In this document: positions 27,674 through 32,000 of the stretch, piece by piece
How the letters are laid out: each line of letters opens with the position of its first letter
Position numbering within the stretch: the first letter of the stretch is position 1
Translations under genes and position numbers: made by a program
The notes under the pieces: model-generated
Seen by the model: the letters and a program-made list of their open reading frames with translations, nothing else
The model's database searches: none
What the model was told of the DNA's origin: nothing
Assembly (NCBI RefSeq): GCF_000253055.1
Contig: NC_016070.1
Span: 1,650,001 to 1,682,000, forward strand
Origin: Thermoproteus tenax Kra 1
Lineage (GTDB): Archaea > Thermoproteota > Thermoprotei > Thermoproteales > Thermoproteaceae
Direction: 5' to 3'
Length of the DNA: 32,000 nucleotides

Positions 27674-28217
27674 AAATAATATAAATTGAAAATAAAATAA
27701 ACAATATAATTAATATTTTTAAATATAAATTAAATGATATAAAAAGTGAAAGAATTAACAATGATAAATACCCCGAGAGCGAGGAAACGCGTATTTTATG
27801 TTTTACAGTATTGAAAAGCGCACTGTAGATGTGTATATATGAATCTCTCCGCCGTGCCTCTATTTCTTCAATTTTATCTAAAATAGAGATATCCTCTTCT
27901 AATTTTTTTATAAATAAAAATTTATTATAAATAAATCTATCTTCAATTTTGTTTATATAATCTTTAAATTCTGGCGAAGAAAGGGCCTTGTTAAATATTA
28001 ATCTTACTTTTAGTCTCAATCTCTTTAATAAAAATTTTAATAATATTAGATTTATTACAATAAAAAATGGAGATAATATAATAATTTGTTTCATGAAAAT
28101 TGAAAAACCTAACAATAGAATGCTAAGAATGATTAGTGAGCCGTTGAGGGCAACGTATTTATTATACTCCTTTTCCACTATCTTTTTCACTTTTAGTTCA
28201 ATTAATTCATCTAACAT
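27660..28217 (-). CDS. Hypothetical membrane protein (185 aa, about 4 TM segments), possible pilus/secretion platform partner
   Basis: Two hydrophobic hairpins flank a charged cytoplasmic-like segment. Overlaps the GspE-like ATPase gene by 11 nt. Family assignment is inference. Confidence 0.6.
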   Translation of the reverse strand: MLDELIELKVKKIVEKEYNKYVALNGSLIILSILLLGFSIFMKQIIILSPFFIVINLILLKFLLKRLRLKVRLIFNKALSSPEFKDYINKIEDRFIYNKFLFIKKLEEDISILDKIEEIEARRRDSYIHIYSALFNTVKHKIRVSSLSGYLSLLILSLFISFNLYLKILIILFILFSIYIIFNQI

Positions 28218-29238
28218 AAATTTGTTTAATATATCTTTTTATTATTTTATCATATGTCTTTTCAGTTTGAATTATAATAATATTGTTATAATCAATTTTA
28301 TAGTTTTCTAACCTCTTTATTGCGCCCTCTATAGTGTCCGAGTGCATCGTTGCCATGGTCTGGATCCCCAGCTCTTGGGCTCTTTTAAAAGCCTCAAAGT
28401 GCTCAGGATATTGTAATTCACCTAAAATGAATATATCAATATTTCTATTCAATGAAGAAAAAACATGTTTTAATTTATCTACAGTATTAATTTTTATCTG
28501 ATTATAGTTTTTCAAGTCAGGAAACTCATCGGCTTCATCGATATATACTCTCTGCCACCACTCCGGAAGGTCCAGATCGATTGCGCGGAGCAGTGTAGTC
28601 TTTCCGGAGCCAGGCGGCCCGGTGACAATCAAATTTTTTCGCTTATTCAATATATTATTTTTTATTTTTTTATAAATATTTTCCGAAAGAAAATCATTTT
28701 TCATTAAATCAAATATAGTAAAAATCTTTCTATGAATTCTAGTATATACATGGGGAGCGGAGACAATAGGCGGCAAGTCTATAGAGACTCTCAGCTTCAA
28801 AGGTCCCAGGTTGAGGCCGTACCTGAAAGAAGGATTGTCCCTCAATAACTTGAGCCCCTTAGCAGAGGCGATCCTAAGAAAAACTTCGACTAAGTCATGG
28901 GAGGCAATCGCCCTGCTCAAGTATTTTCCATTAATCGAGTTTATTATTATATTTTTATTGGGAATTAATACTATATCTTCAATTTTATTATTAATAAAAA
29001 ATTTGTATAATAAATTTAAATTGATTGAACTCAGTGTGTAGAATAATGCGGCTTTCGGATTTCTTAATATCTTGGATAAAAGCTTATAGCGCAATATTAA
29101 TGTATGATCAATATCTAAATAGTAAATTCTATTTATTAATGTTATTATTTTATTTAATTTATATTTTTTTAGTTCTTTAGGGCTTATACTTTCGCTTTCA
29201 ATCAATCTGGGCAATATTAGTAATTCAGCTCCTTGCAT
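28207..29238 (-). CDS. GspE/FlaI/PilT-type secretion or pilus ATPase
   Basis: RKNLIVTGPPGSGKTTLLRAID (Walker A), RVYIDEADEFPD, NIDIFILGELQYPEHFEAFKRAQELGIQTMATMHSDTIEGAIKRLE. Confidence 0.88.
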   Translation of the reverse strand: MQGAELLILPRLIESESISPKELKKYKLNKIITLINRIYYLDIDHTLILRYKLLSKILRNPKAALFYTLSSINLNLLYKFFINNKIEDIVLIPNKNIIINSINGKYLSRAIASHDLVEVFLRIASAKGLKLLRDNPSFRYGLNLGPLKLRVSIDLPPIVSAPHVYTRIHRKIFTIFDLMKNDFLSENIYKKIKNNILNKRKNLIVTGPPGSGKTTLLRAIDLDLPEWWQRVYIDEADEFPDLKNYNQIKINTVDKLKHVFSSLNRNIDIFILGELQYPEHFEAFKRAQELGIQTMATMHSDTIEGAIKRLENYKIDYNNIIIIQTEKTYDKIIKRYIKQIYVR

Positions 29239-29723
29239 AATTTCCTCAGTTGAGTTGCTGTATCGCGTATTGTCAATTTGCTTATTCCTAACCTCCTAGC
29301 TATTTGTTCTTTATTTATATTTAATTTAAATTTATTTGAAATAAGATATACTATAGTAGCAGCGATCACCTTTGGGTTTTTACCTTGTATTTTCACCTTA
29401 TTGATGTCCTTCAATACTTGGATCGACGACCTAAATACCTCCTCAGGCAAATCTAATTCTCTGCATAATACTTTAATATACATTAAAATTTTTTCGGAAT
29501 AAGAATATTTTTTCTCTATAACTTTTTGATTTAATTGCATTAATAATATTTTAGATGCTATATCTTTGTTGCGCCCTAGCTGTATGTACTTAATTCTGGG
29601 AACATAAAGTACAGGCCCTAGAACACTTCCACATTTACGGCAGACGTACTCTCCGCTCGATATTATGATATCATCGGAGCCGCAGTAAGAACACCTCATA
29701 TGGGTGCTGGGTAAATAGAGCAA
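29217..29723 (-). CDS. Short TFB-like factor: N-terminal Zn ribbon plus a single cyclin-like fold (likely true start at about 29699)
   Basis: MRCSYCGSDDIIISSGEYVCRKCGSVLG ribbon, then one repeat ending KLNINKEQIARRLGISKLTIRDTATQLRKLCKEL. Total about 160 aa, against about 300 aa for canonical TFB. Confidence 0.82.
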   Translation of the reverse strand: MLYLPSTHMRCSYCGSDDIIISSGEYVCRKCGSVLGPVLYVPRIKYIQLGRNKDIASKILLMQLNQKVIEKKYSYSEKILMYIKVLCRELDLPEEVFRSSIQVLKDINKVKIQGKNPKVIAATIVYLISNKFKLNINKEQIARRLGISKLTIRDTATQLRKLCKELNY

Positions 29724-29764
29724 TAAAATTGATAGGTATTATTACACAACTACAGAGGGAGGTT

Positions 29765-30097
29765 CTAGGAACTAAGTTTTATGCCTATGTAGAGTCGCAC
29801 GCCAGGGCTTAACGGCAGACTTTTCTTTATCTTTAACAATAATCCACCTATTGAAATATAAGTGGAATTATTATCAACGTTATATACAATACCCCATAGG
29901 TAAATATCATATATCTTTTTATAATCACTATTTTTCTTTTCATCAAGATCGATTTTCAACCTTTTGCCTCTCTCCACATCTATGTTAAGCATCCTCAAGG
30001 GGAGCTCTAGCTCTATTTCGGCATCTCCGGTCATTGTTATTTTATAAATGGGATCCTCAACCACAGACACCTCACTCACCACCTCATTAAACTCCAT
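29765..30097 (-). CDS. rpo8: Probable RNA polymerase subunit Rpo8 (RpoG, Rpb8-like)
   Basis: Beta-rich 110-aa protein ending IYLWGIVYNVDNNSTYISIGGLLLKIKKSLPLSPGVRLYIGIKL, resembling the crenarchaeal RpoG C-terminus. Confidence 0.6.
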   Translation of the reverse strand: MEFNEVVSEVSVVEDPIYKITMTGDAEIELELPLRMLNIDVERGKRLKIDLDEKKNSDYKKIYDIYLWGIVYNVDNNSTYISIGGLLLKIKKSLPLSPGVRLYIGIKLSS

Positions 30098-30253
30098 GGG
30101 GTCACCACTTACTAGGAAATATAAGCTTTAAGTTTCACTTTTTTATTTTCTAGTTTAAATAATTTTATACATTTATAAAAATTTATTAGAATTATATTTT
30201 TATAAAATGAAATGTTAAGAAAAAACTTTAAATACTGATTAATTAATTCGCTC

Positions 30254-30676
30254 ATGTCTATTCTGGCCGAGGCTAACAAGAGATTTGTTGCAGAAATAAA
30301 TAGTTTATTGGGCAAGGAGGTGATAGTAGGCCTGTCCAACGGCGATGAATATAGAGGCGTGTTGTACGCTGTAGATAATCAGCTTAATCTTATCTTATAT
30401 GATACTACAACAAAATCGGGTAATAAATACTCTAAATCAATACTTATTTCAAGGTATATTATGTATATAAACTCAATAGAGAAGGAGGTAGATCTAAGGA
30501 GCTTTGCTAAATATGCCGAGAAGTACTTTCCGGGAATGGTTAAGTATATAGAGGAATCCAACATAGTGCTTATAGGAGACAAAGTGAGAGTGAGCGAGAT
30601 AGGGATAGAGGGCTCCGGGCCTCTCGCCGAGAGGGTTCGACAGATTTACGAGGAGTTTGTTAAAAAACGTGGATGA
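30254..30676 (+). CDS. Sm-like protein with C-terminal extension (SmAP3-like)
   Basis: LLGKEVIVGLSNGDEYRGVLYAVDNQLNLILYDTTT gives the Sm1 fold. A further ~60-aa domain follows the Sm core. Confidence 0.85.
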   Translation: MSILAEANKRFVAEINSLLGKEVIVGLSNGDEYRGVLYAVDNQLNLILYDTTTKSGNKYSKSILISRYIMYINSIEKEVDLRSFAKYAEKYFPGMVKYIEESNIVLIGDKVRVSEIGIEGSGPLAERVRQIYEEFVKKRG

Positions 30677-32000
30677 GCTTTGAAGTTGAGACCAAGGACA
30701 TTCTCGGACGGGTAGGAAGGATTTACACAAGGTCGGGAGTTCTGGAGACGCCGAATATATTCCCCGTAATAGATATTAAAAAACAAGAATTAAAACTCGA
30801 TGTTGTAAAAAAATACTTTAATAATATTATTACAAATTCATACTTTATATACAATATATATAAATCGGTTGTTAGTATAAAGAATCTGTTGGGATGGGAT
30901 GGAATCCTTATGACGGACTCAGGAGCTTACCAACTTATGAGGTACGGCACCATAGACGTTGACCCCGATGATATCTTGAAGTATCAGGCCGAGATAGGAA
31001 GCGATATCGGCGTAATGTTGGACCTTCCTATGGACTCGGAGGAGTCGTACTTCGGCGCACTCATAAAGGTGGAGGAGACTCTGAGGAGAGCCCAGAGGGC
31101 GGCGGAGTTGCGCGAGGAGCTGGGAGGTATGTTGTTAGTGGGTCCCATCCAAGGCGGAGTCTATAAGGACTTGGTGGCGCGATCGGCGAGAAGAATGACG
31201 TCGTTGCCCTTCGACATCTACGCAATAGGTAGCCCTACCACTTTGCTCGAGGAATATCGCTTTGACGAGATACTCGATATAGTTTTGACCGCCAAGTTGA
31301 ACATGAGAAGAGAGGCACCATTACATCTGTTTGGGGCAGGCCACCCCCTTATTTTGCCCTTCGCTGTAGCGGCCGGCATAGATCTATTCGATAGCGCATC
31401 GTACATCCTCTATGCGAGAGACGACAGAATAATGTTGAGGGACAGGACCATTAGGTTAGAGGACGTGAAAACGGACTACCTTCCGTGTAGCACAAAACTG
31501 TGCAATAAACAAGTAAGTGAGCTGAAGGAGATGGATAAAATGGAGAGGACGCAACTTATAGCGGAGCACAACTTGGCTGTACTCAGAGAGGAGATCCTCG
31601 AGGTTAGACAGCGGATCTACGAGGGGACTTTGTGGGAGTATCTGGAGGAAAAGGCGCGCGCCCACAGGAGTCTGTATAGCTCATTACACTTGCTACGAAA
31701 GTTCACGAAGTTGGTCGAGGAGTACGACCCAGTGACACACCCGGAGGCCAGCGGGCTCCTGTTCTTCAGCGACACGGCACTCGGGAGACCTGAGCCCTAT
31801 AGACACAGAGCGCGTATGAGGTACAATTACGACGCGCCACCGAAACAGATAGCAATATTCTTAAAAGCAACCTCTAAACCCTATAATAGATCATGGGAAT
31901 ATATATTCTTAAACAAAATATTGATTTGTAGAGAAAAAATCCATATATTTTTTATAGATGAGATATTCGGCGTTGTGCCCGAGGAGATAGCCGAGGTATA
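30673..32000 (+). CDS. tgtA: tRNA-guanine (archaeosine) transglycosylase, partial at the window end
   Basis: ATG 30673: MSFEVETKDILGRVGRIYTRSGVLETPNIFPVID...ILMTDSGAYQLMRYG...LLVGPIQGG...YAIGSPTTLLEEY...LHLFGAGHPLILPFAVAAGIDLFDSASY. ATGA overlap with the Lsm gene. Not in the ORF track because it is open to the window end. Confidence 0.96.
   Translation, partial: MSFEVETKDILGRVGRIYTRSGVLETPNIFPVIDIKKQELKLDVVKKYFNNIITNSYFIYNIYKSVVSIKNLLGWDGILMTDSGAYQLMRYGTIDVDPDDILKYQAEIGSDIGVMLDLPMDSEESYFGALIKVEETLRRAQRAAELREELGGMLLVGPIQGGVYKDLVARSARRMTSLPFDIYAIGSPTTLLEEYRFDEILDIVLTAKLNMRREAPLHLFGAGHPLILPFAVAAGIDLFDSASYILYARDDRIMLRDRTIRLEDVKTDYLPCSTKLCNKQVSELKEMDKMERTQLIAEHNLAVLREEILEVRQRIYEGTLWEYLEEKARAHRSLYSSLHLLRKFTKLVEEYDPVTHPEASGLLFFSDTALGRPEPYRHRARMRYNYDAPPKQIAIFLKATSKPYNRSWEYIFLNKILICREKIHIFFIDEIFGVVPEEIAEV

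Overview
This is a chromosomal window from a hyperthermophilic crenarchaeon. Family content and leaderless TATA-type promoters suggest Thermoproteales, but that assignment is inference. Most of the window is densely packed housekeeping genes: pyruvate kinase (partial), uL2, type-2 IPP isomerase, a MEMO-like protein, uS2, an Mrp/ApbC ATPase, glyA, an SDR, cdd, a moaC-like / ModE-like / moaA cluster, a membrane Ser/Thr kinase, a Zn-ribbon/FHA protein, methionine aminopeptidase, archaeal DnaG, PolB, eL37, Sm-like proteins, aCPSF, proteasome beta, an FKBP, eS17, thermosome, a GspE-like ATPase, a mini-TFB, an Rpo8-like protein and archaeosine TGT (partial). The accessory signal is a set of three related tnpB-less IS200/IS605-type elements. 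Each has a 5' hairpin CCTCGCCCTTYAGGGCGGGG and a conserved structured omega-RNA-like 3' end stopping at GTCAT. They lie near a decayed tnpB and a 34-bp GC-rich repeat. Other points worth checking: (i) a tandem MoaC-like gene with complementary loss of catalytic motifs in its two halves and an apparent -1 frame change; (ii) a one-cyclin-fold mini-TFB overlapping a secretion/pilus-type ATPase gene; (iii) a kinase and FHA gene pair split by one of the elements; (iv) short ORFs missed by the track, including one coupled to aCPSF by an ATGA overlap; (v) sharply bounded AT-rich patches inside otherwise GC-rich conserved genes. No CRISPR array, rRNA or tRNA was recognised by eye.
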